Virus record (IMG/VR): IMGVR_UViG_3300001598_000045
Location: 1-64,000 of that record
DNA: 64,000 bases
Origin: a virus
Taxonomy: Duplodnaviria; Heunggongvirae; Uroviricota; Caudoviricetes
Direction: 5' to 3' (one strand)
Positions within the stretch are counted from its first letter, which is position 1; each line of letters begins with the position of its first letter. A program made the translations under genes and the position numbers. Positions 1 through 8,507 of the stretch are shown here, one piece after another. The notes under the pieces were generated by a model. It saw only the letters and a program-made list of their open reading frames with translations, ran no database searches and was not told where the DNA came from.

Positions 1-85
1 TAGTTGATTTATTAGATTATTTTGTTATTACTAAGGCGAAGAGTGAATATGAATGGTTTTATAGAATAGTTAATAGAAAGATATT

Positions 86-577
86 ATGATAGTAAAATTA
101 GAGCCAAATTTAGAGCAGATTGAAAAAGGTTGGAAAACTAAGAAAGATAGGAAAGTTGTATTAGATCATGTACATGGAATTAAGTTAACTGAGGATTTTA
201 ATCATGCATATCTTCAGAATACTAATATATATGTAGCTCTTGGAATATTTAAAGGTTATGAAGATATTAGAGTTCAGCCAAAGTTAGAAGATTATGGATA
301 TGCACTAACTGGAGAAGCAATTAAGAAATATGTCTTATCTAATTTTGGTGATTCAGATCCAACAGAATATATGTTAGAAATTTCAGTTATGCCTTTTGAT
401 TATGAGAAATATTATAAAAATGGCTCATATATAGACTTAGATGGAAATGATACTGGTAATGATTTCTTTGATCAGCCAGATTATAAAGAATTAGAGAAAA
501 AAGCTGAATTACCCGGCTATTGGATCTCATTTACTGTTTTAAAACTTAGACCAGATAATAAAGAAGAAGAAAAATGA
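86..577 (+). CDS. hypothetical protein
   Basis: 163-aa ORF, first of a plus-strand run; no recognisable motif. Confidence 0.5.
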   Translation: MIVKLEPNLEQIEKGWKTKKDRKVVLDHVHGIKLTEDFNHAYLQNTNIYVALGIFKGYEDIRVQPKLEDYGYALTGEAIKKYVLSNFGDSDPTEYMLEISVMPFDYEKYYKNGSYIDLDGNDTGNDFFDQPDYKELEKKAELPGYWISFTVLKLRPDNKEEEK

Positions 578-783
578 CATACGAAGAATTTAAGAAGATT
601 CAATGTGGTGATAGAATAAAAAATATTGCTACAGGAGAGATTGGTGAAGTTAAGGTAGCATCGAGAGGAGAATATTATGTAGAGTATCCTTCTCATCCAG
701 GTCAATTAATTATGTATGATGAATCTGAGTATTATAGTGAAGATGGTAATATTTGGGATTTTATAGAATTAGTAAAAGGATGA
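574..783 (+). CDS. hypothetical small protein
   Basis: 69-aa ORF; ATGA start/stop overlap with flanking genes. Confidence 0.4.
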   Translation: MTYEEFKKIQCGDRIKNIATGEIGEVKVASRGEYYVEYPSHPGQLIMYDESEYYSEDGNIWDFIELVKG

Positions 784-1319
784 ATTATACAGAAGAAGAA
801 TTAGTATCAAGAGGAAAGGAATTATCTTGGTTACTTAGACATGATAAGAACTATAAATTTGATCCTCATGGTTGGCGTAGCGTTAAAGATATCGTTGAGA
901 ATCATGGTTTTACTTCTGAGCTAATAGCGGAAATTGTAAAAACCAATAATAAACAACGATATGAATACAACGCTACTGGAGATATGATACGAGCTAGACA
1001 AGGGCATAGTGTAAATGTTGATGTAGAGCTTAAAGAAATAACTCCACCTGATGTACTCTATCATGGAACATCGAAGGTAAATCTAGAAAATATTAAGAAA
1101 AAAGGATTATTAAAAATGAATCGCTTGCATGTTCACTTATCTGATACAAAAGAAACTGCTGAGAATGTAGGATTAAGGCATGCAAAATCTAGAGTATTTT
1201 TATTAATCCTTGAAGTTGATTGTAAAAAAATGATAAAAGATGGATTTAAATTTTATCAATCAGAGAATGGAGTATATCTTGTTGATAATGTACCCTGGAA
1301 ATATTTAAAAATAATTTAA
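780..1319 (+). CDS. kptA: RNA 2'-phosphotransferase (Tpt1/KptA family)
   Basis: Protein contains ...RARQGHSVNVDVEL...LYHGTSKVNLENIKKKGLLKMNRLHVHLS, matching the Tpt1/KptA conserved blocks. Start taken at the internal ATG at 780, which overlaps the upstream stop. Confidence 0.85.
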   Translation: MNYTEEELVSRGKELSWLLRHDKNYKFDPHGWRSVKDIVENHGFTSELIAEIVKTNNKQRYEYNATGDMIRARQGHSVNVDVELKEITPPDVLYHGTSKVNLENIKKKGLLKMNRLHVHLSDTKETAENVGLRHAKSRVFLLILEVDCKKMIKDGFKFYQSENGVYLVDNVPWKYLKII

Positions 1320-1320
1320 T

Positions 1321-1348
1321 AGAGAGGAGAATTAATATCTTCTCTATT
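1321..1348 (+). terminator. stem-loop terminator after Tpt1
   Basis: Imperfect inverted repeat agagagga-gaattaata-tcttctct, followed by a T-rich tract. Confidence 0.5.
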
Positions 1349-1385
1349 TCCTTTTTATTCCTTATAATTGAAAATAAGATAAATT

Positions 1386-1889
1386 ATGAAAATTGAAGAG
1401 AAAATTAAAAAAGCAGAGGCAAAATTAGCTGCACTTAAAGCTGAAAAAAAGAAGATAGATGATGAAATTTTAAAATCTACTTCTATAATTGACTCTGAAG
1501 AAGCCCAACAAGAATTTTTAAATTATCTAAATGGTAAAGGTTTATTTAAGAAAAAATATGGATCTAATATATTTTTATTATGTAAGCCTGAAGGTTTTGA
1601 AAAAGTTGATTCAGATATTTCAATTTATGGAAGGTGTATTGAAATTATTGATCAAAGAGATGGTTGGGAAGAGTTAGATACTGATCGTGTTAGTACCAAG
1701 ATAAAAATAGAAGACTTTGATATTCTATTTCAATTACAGGCTAAAGAAATAAAAACAGTAAAAGATATTGTTGATGGGTTTTTATCTTTTTATGAACCAA
1801 CTGAAATAAATAGTTTTTCAGATACAGAAGTTTTAAATAGAATAGAAGATCATTTAAAAAGGTTAGATGGAAATCATGAAAACTTATAA
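1386..1889 (+). CDS. hypothetical protein (coiled-coil N-terminus)
   Basis: 167-aa ORF; K/E-rich N-terminus. Confidence 0.5.
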   Translation: MKIEEKIKKAEAKLAALKAEKKKIDDEILKSTSIIDSEEAQQEFLNYLNGKGLFKKKYGSNIFLLCKPEGFEKVDSDISIYGRCIEIIDQRDGWEELDTDRVSTKIKIEDFDILFQLQAKEIKTVKDIVDGFLSFYEPTEINSFSDTEVLNRIEDHLKRLDGNHENL

Positions 1890-2112
1890 ATGTACTAAGA
1901 AATTATATATACGTGGAGTTATATTTGATAATAATGGTAAAGAATCTGTAAAATATAAAATAGAGATTTTTCGGGGTAGCTTAATTGATATAAATTCGGA
2001 AACATTTTGTATTATATCTGATAATTCTTTATTAAATGGAGTTTATATCGATCCAATTGTACTTAAAGAGCAATTTAAAGAGATTAATAAATGCGACAGT
2101 TTATTCAAATAA
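1867..2112 (+). CDS. hypothetical small protein
   Basis: 81-aa ORF overlapping both neighbours. Confidence 0.35.
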   Translation: MEIMKTYKCTKKLYIRGVIFDNNGKESVKYKIEIFRGSLIDINSETFCIISDNSLLNGVYIDPIVLKEQFKEINKCDSLFK

Positions 2113-2720
2113 CAGCAGGTAGAGGTCCAGTTGAATGTGCATCAGTTGTTACTAGAATTGGGGCTGAAATAATTAAAGCCATACAAGATTTAGGAATAAT
2201 AAATGTAGATATAGTAGATTACGAAGAGCATAATGATTTCTCTAATTTATTTATGTCTATGGTCCTTGGCTTTGAATCTCCAGCCCCAGAAATTATAACA
2301 ACTCTAAGAAATCAATGGGAAGGAACAATTAAGTATATAGCGACTAAGAATACATTACGACCAGGACATAAAAGAAAGAATTGGTTTGTTGGTGTTAATT
2401 TCTTTGAGGAGCTTGATTTTCCAGAAGTATCAGAAAAAGATATTAAATATGAAGCTATTAGAAGTAGTGGAAATGGAGGACAAAATGTAAATAAAGTTTC
2501 TTCAGCAATTAGAGCAACTCATATTCCGACTGGTCTTAGTGTATTGTGCGAGGAGTCTAGAGATCAGCCAAGAAATAAAGAAATTGCAAAAGAGAGATTA
2601 TTAAATAGACTTAGAGAAATTAATTTAAGGAAACAGGATAATCAGAAACAACAAATCTGGAATAATCACAATCTCTTAGAGCGTGGTAATCCAAAGAAAA
2701 CAATTAAAGGGGAAGTTTAA
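2091..2720 (+). CDS. ArfB-like peptidyl-tRNA hydrolase (GGQ domain) with an N-terminal extension
   Basis: The C-terminal half has SSGNGGQNVNKVSSAIRATHIPTGLSV (GGQ motif), then a basic tail RLLNRLREINLRKQ as in ArfB/YaeJ. The true start may be an internal Met. Confidence 0.7.
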   Translation: MRQFIQITAGRGPVECASVVTRIGAEIIKAIQDLGIINVDIVDYEEHNDFSNLFMSMVLGFESPAPEIITTLRNQWEGTIKYIATKNTLRPGHKRKNWFVGVNFFEELDFPEVSEKDIKYEAIRSSGNGGQNVNKVSSAIRATHIPTGLSVLCEESRDQPRNKEIAKERLLNRLREINLRKQDNQKQQIWNNHNLLERGNPKKTIKGEV

Positions 2721-2734
2721 TCCCCTTTATTTTT
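2706..2734 (+). terminator. intrinsic terminator
   Basis: aaagggga-agtttaa-tcccctt followed by tatttttt. Confidence 0.7.
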
Positions 2735-2768
2735 TACCGTTTATAAAAAAGTATTTACCTTATATATG
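2735..2768 (+). promoter_or_regulatory. conserved phage promoter motif (plus-strand copy)
   Basis: TACCGTTTATAAAAAAGTATTTACCTTATATATG matches the ACCGYCT...CCTTATATATG consensus seen upstream of many genes. The ATG of ORF 2792 is 24 nt downstream. Confidence 0.6.
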
Positions 2769-2791
2769 AAAAAAAAATAAAATAAAATATT

Positions 2792-3148
2792 ATGAAGATA
2801 CTTATTGGATTATTAATTATTAGTGTATTTATTATTATTAGACTTTTAATGTCATTATCAGATGATAAATACTATGAATCTATGCTAAAGACGTTTAAAG
2901 TAACTGTTAAGTATAAGGTTCATTATAGTAGTTCAGAGTCAAAAGAGTATACTAAAGAATTTATTGTAAGAAATAAGCAAAAAGAAAATATTAGAGTTGA
3001 GACTAGTGTAAGAGCTAGTAGGGCTAATATTCTCTCTATATACTGGACTTACACTGCTAATGTTCCTCATGAAATTAGAATAGAGGAAACTACCGCACCT
3101 ATTGAAATTATTGAATATAGTGCAGAGGAAGTAGTAGAAGAGGCTTAA
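2792..3148 (+). CDS. hypothetical membrane-anchored protein
   Basis: 118 aa with an N-terminal hydrophobic helix. Confidence 0.5.
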   Translation: MKILIGLLIISVFIIIRLLMSLSDDKYYESMLKTFKVTVKYKVHYSSSESKEYTKEFIVRNKQKENIRVETSVRASRANILSIYWTYTANVPHEIRIEETTAPIEIIEYSAEEVVEEA

Positions 3149-3235
3149 TAGAGATATGGTAGAATTTATAATAATAGAAGTAGTTATTATAGTTTTAGTA
3201 AGCTCTATTATAGGATTAAAAAAATTCAGAAAACA

Positions 3236-3652
3236 ATGAAAATATATATTGCAGGACCATTCTTTAGTGAACAAGAAAGAGTTGATTTAAAAAGGATGAT
3301 TCATTATATTCAACAAACTAATCCTGGAGCTGAACTATTTATACCAATGGAGCATTTTGTTCCTGGTGGTGATGCTAGAGATGAACATGGTGAGTATGTA
3401 ATGAATAATGCTGAATGGGGAAGACGGGTATTTGAATTAGACTTAGAAGGTATGAAGGACTGCAATGAATTATATGTTCTTTATTATGGTCTTTATTCAG
3501 ATACTGGAACTGCATGGGAAGTTGGTTATGCTTATGCTAAGAATATACCTATTACATTATTTGTACCATCAGAAGAAGTTAAATTATCTTCCGTGATGAT
3601 ACATAATTCAGCAAAAGTTGTAATAGCAAATAAAATTTTAGAACAAAAATAA
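3236..3652 (+). CDS. nucleoside 2-deoxyribosyltransferase-like protein
   Basis: KIYIAGPFFSEQERV and DTGTAWEVGYAYA blocks are typical of the NDT family. Confidence 0.65.
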   Translation: MKIYIAGPFFSEQERVDLKRMIHYIQQTNPGAELFIPMEHFVPGGDARDEHGEYVMNNAEWGRRVFELDLEGMKDCNELYVLYYGLYSDTGTAWEVGYAYAKNIPITLFVPSEEVKLSSVMIHNSAKVVIANKILEQK

Positions 3653-3694
3653 AAAGGTAGAGAATTAATCTATCTTTTATTTTCCTTATATTTG

Positions 3695-4252
3695 ATGAGA
3701 GAGTATGACTTATTTAGCTTAAGAGATAAATTAAATAATCTGGATATTAATGTAATAAGAGATACTTGGAGAGATGGTGAATTGTGGGCATCTGGTTTAT
3801 CCGATATTTATAAATTATCAGAAGACGATATAACTGAATATGTAGTTGGTGAAAAAATAAAAATAGATAAAGAAATATTTACAATTATTTCATTATATGA
3901 AAATACTAAATTACCTAAAGTAGTAATGTATGATGAGAATATCTCTAATATTTCTTGGAATAAAGCAATGAAACTATATATACCTGATGATTTTAAATAT
4001 ATACCTAGTATTAATGATTTTTTAGAAATAAAAGATAATTTAAAGAAAGTATTCAGTACTATTCCTGAAATAATTAATGAAAGTAATAAGCAAAATGGTG
4101 TATGGTCAAGATCACTATTTACATCAACTTCAAAAGATGAACGATTTGCATATTATTTTAATGTATATACTCAAGAATCTTATTTAGTATTGAAAGAATT
4201 AGAAAGCCCTGTTATGAATACAGTATTTTTTAAAAAGCTAAGAAATATATGA
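3695..4252 (+). CDS. hypothetical protein
   Basis: ATG at 3695 follows CCTTATATTTG directly, so the mRNA would be leaderless. The ORF track lists a TTG start at 3692. Confidence 0.5.
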   Translation: MREYDLFSLRDKLNNLDINVIRDTWRDGELWASGLSDIYKLSEDDITEYVVGEKIKIDKEIFTIISLYENTKLPKVVMYDENISNISWNKAMKLYIPDDFKYIPSINDFLEIKDNLKKVFSTIPEIINESNKQNGVWSRSLFTSTSKDERFAYYFNVYTQESYLVLKELESPVMNTVFFKKLRNI

Positions 4253-4638
4253 AAATTTTAATTATTATATATTTAGTAATAGCATTTATTTTATCTATAT
4301 TTAAAGAAGATCATATATTTAGTACATTTCTTTGGCCCATTACTACTCTTTTAACTCCCATAAGAGAAATAAGAAAACAAAAGAGAGATAAAAAATTTTA
4401 TTCTATAAAACATAATTGTGGAAAATTTATAATTAGATTTGATGAAAATTATGAATCAAATGATTATAGAATTGATATAGGTTCAGGAGGTGATGGCATA
4501 TACATAATTACAGTATCTCCAGAAATATCAAAAGAAGTCCTAACGGATGCTCTTAATGAGTTTGTATCTAGGCCAATGATAGTAAATAAAGAGCAGTATT
4601 ATAATAGCATAATATTAGTACAAAATTTAATAAAATAA
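4249..4638 (+). CDS. hypothetical protein (N-terminal TM helix)
   Basis: 129-aa ORF overlapping the stop of the upstream gene. Confidence 0.5.
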   Translation: MKILIIIYLVIAFILSIFKEDHIFSTFLWPITTLLTPIREIRKQKRDKKFYSIKHNCGKFIIRFDENYESNDYRIDIGSGGDGIYIITVSPEISKEVLTDALNEFVSRPMIVNKEQYYNSIILVQNLIK

Positions 4639-4642
4639 AAAA

Positions 4643-4684
4643 AAAGAGAAAGGAATTAATCCAATCTCTTTATTTTTTTTAGTA
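4643..4684. terminator. bidirectional stem-loop terminator
   Basis: aagagaaagg-aattaat-ccaatctctt flanked by an A-run and a T-run, between convergent genes. Confidence 0.5.
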
Positions 4685-4924
4685 TTTATTTTTTATATCT
4701 TCTAATTGCTTATTCAATCGCAGATAGTTTTCTACATCTTCAGTTATTGATTGTGCTTCATCATTCGCTTCTACAACAACTGAATTTAATAATCTATCTT
4801 TATCTAATAAAGTAGTATAGTCAATATCAACTATGTGATTCCAATATAACCACTCTAAGATTTCTATGAATGAATGTCTATAAATACCGTGTCTATAGTC
4901 ATTCTTTAGATAAATATAATACAT
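4679..4924 (-). CDS. hypothetical protein
   Basis: 81-aa ORF. Confidence 0.45.
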   Translation of the reverse strand: MYYIYLKNDYRHGIYRHSFIEILEWLYWNHIVDIDYTTLLDKDRLLNSVVVEANDEAQSITEDVENYLRLNKQLEDIKNKY

Positions 4925-4927
4925 AAA

Positions 4928-5242
4928 TTAACATTCTTTTTTATCATCGTATAGAATAGTTATCTCTCTCATTGATCTGTGGGAAATCATATTTGATCCT
5001 GGTCTTTTTGGATCTGGAGAATCGAGGGATGTTATTCTATATATATTAACTTTTACATCATGTATCTCTTTATTTACCATAAAGGAATTTATGATTTCAT
5101 CCTCTTTGTAAAAACTTTCATCAGATATCGTAGTGCGCAAGTTCTCTGACTGTCCTGCTCTTTGTGCATTATTAATATCTGTCCAAGCTTGCTCCTCAGA
5201 TGTTCTGCTATTACCGATAAATCTAAATGTTTTAATTTTCAT
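4928..5242 (-). CDS. hypothetical protein
   Basis: 104-aa ORF; promoter motif about 27 nt upstream. Confidence 0.5.
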   Translation of the reverse strand: MKIKTFRFIGNSRTSEEQAWTDINNAQRAGQSENLRTTISDESFYKEDEIINSFMVNKEIHDVKVNIYRITSLDSPDPKRPGSNMISHRSMREITILYDDKKEC

Positions 5243-5263
5243 TTCATTTTGTTTTTAAATTTT

Positions 5264-5294
5264 CAAATATAAGGCTTTAGTGACTTTAGGAACG
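5264..5294 (-). promoter_or_regulatory. conserved phage promoter motif
   Basis: Minus-sense CCGTTCCTAAAGTCACTAAAGCCTTATATTTG. Confidence 0.55.
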
Positions 5295-5316
5295 GAAAAA
5301 AAATAAGCTAGATATA

Positions 5317-5631
5317 TTAGTTTATACCAAGCTCTTTTTCTATTTTTACTAATATTTCTATTAATTCTATTGATCTCCAATTAAGTTCATTATATTCATA
5401 CTTAATCATTGAAGTATAGTCTCCAAATTCAATATCGTAATTTTCTCTATTCCAGCAACAATAAAGCCAATCATTATCTTTTAGATTTATACTAACTTCT
5501 ATATAATCGCAATCTATAAAAGCTAGAATAGTTTTAGAATTTTTAATAATATCAGTAAAATTTTTTAATTTATCCTTATCATTTCTTATGATGTATTTCC
5601 AAGTATATCTGTTATTATTCCTTAGTAACAT
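5317..5631 (-). CDS. hypothetical protein
   Basis: 104-aa ORF. Confidence 0.5.
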   Translation of the reverse strand: MLLRNNNRYTWKYIIRNDKDKLKNFTDIIKNSKTILAFIDCDYIEVSINLKDNDWLYCCWNRENYDIEFGDYTSMIKYEYNELNWRSIELIEILVKIEKELGIN

Positions 5632-5711
5632 ACTGTAATCTTCGACTAAAAGTATTTTTGTTTTTCCTACTATATTTCTAAATAATTGTTTTATAATATA
5701 GTATTTTTGTA

Positions 5712-5978
5712 TTACTTTCTTTTTGAAGGTAATATTTTTTTTATTTTTAAATTTATTTTTGGTATTTTTACATTAAGTATCATTAATGTAGTAATAACGA
5801 GAGCCAGGAACGTTATTATTAAGAAAACATTCTGTGATATTATAAATATGGTGTTTAATACTTCAGATTCCTTAGTATATTCTGTATTTACAACACCCAG
5901 AAATACCATAAGTAATGTACTACAGATCCATAAACCTGCTAATATTGAAGCAACAATATCTATTATTTTATGTTTCAT
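5712..5978 (-). CDS. hypothetical small membrane protein
   Basis: 88 aa with two hydrophobic helices; tail-to-head with the next gene. Preferred over the overlapping plus ORF 5686-6102. Confidence 0.4.
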   Translation of the reverse strand: MKHKIIDIVASILAGLWICSTLLMVFLGVVNTEYTKESEVLNTIFIISQNVFLIITFLALVITTLMILNVKIPKINLKIKKILPSKRK

Positions 5979-6754
5979 TTATGACGTTTTATTTCTGTAT
6001 ATTGTCTATCAGGCTCACAGCACCTTGAATAAACATGTCCAGGTATTCTGTCTAAATAATCTTCTATTAACATTTCTACTTCAGGATTTTCATATGCATT
6101 AAATATTATAATAGAATCATTAGTTAGTCTTGTAATTAATGTTTGTAATATTTTTTCATCCTCTTCATATTCATGAGATGCATCAAATAAGACAAAATCA
6201 TAATTTGTGACAGAACTGCGTAACATCTTTGCCGCATTACCAAAGTATATATTAATCCCGGTAGTATCCCCTAGAGTTTTTTCTAAAAATGTTGCATAAA
6301 ATAAGTTCTTTTCGTAGCAATCATAAGTTTTTATAGATCCTTTAAATTTATTATAAAAAAATCTTGTAGTTGCTCCGAATTTTGTTCCAATCTCTGCTAC
6401 ATAAGATAGTTTTTTGGGAAATAAATAATCTAAATCAGGGATAGGTTCAACACAATCAAAATGAAGATATACACTATCATAATATATATATTTTCTTGAT
6501 ATATCACAAAAATCTGTAAATTCAAATTTACATGAAGTAGGATTAAATGATTTTACTACATGTGGTTTATTTACAAAAAGGCCAGTTACTCCAGTTTCTT
6601 TATGTATAACTATATTATTTTTAGAAAACATTATATAGTTTTCATTTTTACTAAAATATAATTTATCATAACAACTAGCACTTATATTATTTTTAGAGTT
6701 TATGTTATATATTCCATTACTATCTTTTATTCCAAACTCTTCTAAATTTATCAT
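5975..6754 (-). CDS. putative SAM-dependent methyltransferase (class I, FkbM/O-MTase-like)
   Basis: VAEIGTKFGATT resembles glycine-rich MTase motif I, and YDFVLFDASHEY is an acidic post-I-like block. Weak, motif-only call. Confidence 0.4.
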   Translation of the reverse strand: MINLEEFGIKDSNGIYNINSKNNISASCYDKLYFSKNENYIMFSKNNIVIHKETGVTGLFVNKPHVVKSFNPTSCKFEFTDFCDISRKYIYYDSVYLHFDCVEPIPDLDYLFPKKLSYVAEIGTKFGATTRFFYNKFKGSIKTYDCYEKNLFYATFLEKTLGDTTGINIYFGNAAKMLRSSVTNYDFVLFDASHEYEEDEKILQTLITRLTNDSIIIFNAYENPEVEMLIEDYLDRIPGHVYSRCCEPDRQYTEIKRHK

Positions 6755-7104
6755 AAGAATTTTACTTGTTTTATTTCAATTTCTTTATTTTCTAGCATAC
6801 TGAGAACTTTCATATGTATTATCTCTTTTGCTACTTTTTTATCTGGATTAATTAACCCCCAAGATCGATTATATAAAATTTTTATTAAATTTTTTATGGC
6901 ATCTTCTTTTGTTTTATAGAACATGGTTAGACTTCTAGGATGTCTGTATATTCTATCATTCCACAAAATATAATAGGCAATGCCATTATTATCGGTTTTA
7001 GGCGGTTTACAAAATAAATGTGTTACTAAATAAAATAATTGTTCTGTAAATAATACTTTCACAATTATAAGGAAAATAAAAGGTGGATTAAATTTCCACC
7101 TCAT
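6751..7104 (-). CDS. hypothetical protein
   Basis: 117-aa ORF. Confidence 0.45.
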   Translation of the reverse strand: MRWKFNPPFIFLIIVKVLFTEQLFYLVTHLFCKPPKTDNNGIAYYILWNDRIYRHPRSLTMFYKTKEDAIKNLIKILYNRSWGLINPDKKVAKEIIHMKVLSMLENKEIEIKQVKFL

Positions 7105-7513
7105 TTAATATTTTTATTTGTTCAGATGCATAACTTTCTCCTGTTACATCTATAAAATACCAAGAATCTTTTGGTATAATACATTTATACATTACTAAAT
7201 CATCCCTTTTTATTTTAGGGGATTTCATATTTTCTTCTAAAATCGAAGAAATTGAACAAGTATGTATAGCACCAGATTTAATGTAGAAATGCCCTTTATT
7301 ATCCCCACTATATATTTTTTCAGGAACACAATATTTTTGATGTGGTTTTAATACTGTTCCTTCTTTAAAAATATTATCATTTAATTCAGTTTTTACTCTA
7401 TATTTTCTTGGGAAAGTAAATAAACGTGAATCTTTTGTTTTTATAAAAACTTTATAGCAGTAAATATCACACTTTGCTTTTACTGGCTCTTTTGATGTTG
7501 TTAATAAACTCAT
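7088..7513 (-). CDS. hypothetical protein
   Basis: 141-aa ORF. Confidence 0.45.
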   Translation of the reverse strand: MSLLTTSKEPVKAKCDIYCYKVFIKTKDSRLFTFPRKYRVKTELNDNIFKEGTVLKPHQKYCVPEKIYSGDNKGHFYIKSGAIHTCSISSILEENMKSPKIKRDDLVMYKCIIPKDSWYFIDVTGESYASEQIKILNEVEI

Positions 7514-8040
7514 ACTATTATTGCTTCTTTATCGTTTAATACTATAGAACCATCACAAGTTTGAATAACTAATCTTGTTTCGGGCTCTAATAATTCACTA
7601 TTTATATATTTATCCTGTTTATATATTTTATCTATTTGTTCTTTAGTAAAATTATCCCCAAAATCTTCAATAGGAAAAATTATTCTTTTCGGAATATCAA
7701 TACAATGAGTACGTAGTGGTCCAATACTTATTTCATCTAAATCTCCGTATAGAGTAGATTCTAATACTATATCATCCGGGTTTAATGCTATATATTCATC
7801 TAAAATACTAGGAGTTAGTGATTTTAAAATATTAAATATATTAATTCCAGTCAGTGGTGTACTACTTAATAAACTAGGACCAACTAAATCAAATCCATAA
7901 AAATATTCGAAGCATTCACCACCACCTATAATAACAGGCAATTCCATATACTGTCTTGGAATTTTCGACAATGCTATTAATAAATCATTCCATGTAATTT
8001 TTCGTTTCATACATTTATAAGGATTCCAGAAGTATTTCAT
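7510..8040 (-). CDS. hypothetical protein
   Basis: 176-aa ORF. Confidence 0.45.
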   Translation of the reverse strand: MKYFWNPYKCMKRKITWNDLLIALSKIPRQYMELPVIIGGGECFEYFYGFDLVGPSLLSSTPLTGINIFNILKSLTPSILDEYIALNPDDIVLESTLYGDLDEISIGPLRTHCIDIPKRIIFPIEDFGDNFTKEQIDKIYKQDKYINSELLEPETRLVIQTCDGSIVLNDKEAIIV

Positions 8041-8476
8041 TAAATTCTTCCAAGAAGGGATTCTTACCTATATAATTATATAAATTATCAAGAAACTTTA
8101 TAGGTAATGAATTAATCTTATTAGGATTTAGTGGTATCAATGAATTATTTTTATCACTAAATTTGATTGAGTTTTCAGAATAATCAAGGTTAAATGATAA
8201 ATTATATTTGTAGTAAATTCTTTCTAATCTTCGAATAAAAACTCGATTATAATTTAAACTTTCAACCATTAGAATAGTTATGTCATTAATCTTAATTTTA
8301 TTTAGAAGTATATAATTACTAAGAATATAGTAAAGATTGTTATGATAAAATTCAGGAGCTACATATTTTCCTCCCGGTTTAATTTTATCTAATATTTTTT
8401 TTATTAAACTTAAGTAATCTATTACTTTAAGATCTTTCGTTATTTCTAAAAATAATTTAGGATTTTGAGTATCCAT
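8015..8476 (-). CDS. hypothetical protein
   Basis: 153-aa ORF. Confidence 0.45.
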   Translation of the reverse strand: MDTQNPKLFLEITKDLKVIDYLSLIKKILDKIKPGGKYVAPEFYHNNLYYILSNYILLNKIKINDITILMVESLNYNRVFIRRLERIYYKYNLSFNLDYSENSIKFSDKNNSLIPLNPNKINSLPIKFLDNLYNYIGKNPFLEEFNEILLESL

Positions 8477-8507
8477 ATTAAATTAATTTTATCTCAAAAG
8501 AAAAAGT

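Noticed and set aside
5686-6102. Plus-strand ORF 5686-6102 and many other short ORFs antisense to or overlapping long minus-strand genes (517-705, 2939-3274, 9718-9918, 14218-14490, 15485-15935, 16562-16849, 17541-17792, 23810-24203, 24546-24752, 25457-25639, 32944-33159, 35235-35429, 39941-40237, 41149-41370, 50999-51184, 53074-53274, 54488-54721, 55061-55288, 55404-55610, 57465-57852, 58150-58558, 58725-58985, 62913-63275)
   Set aside because: They overlap better-supported genes on the opposite strand or lie in promoter or terminator regions. Their low-complexity A/T-rich translations are typical of spurious ORFs in AT-rich DNA.
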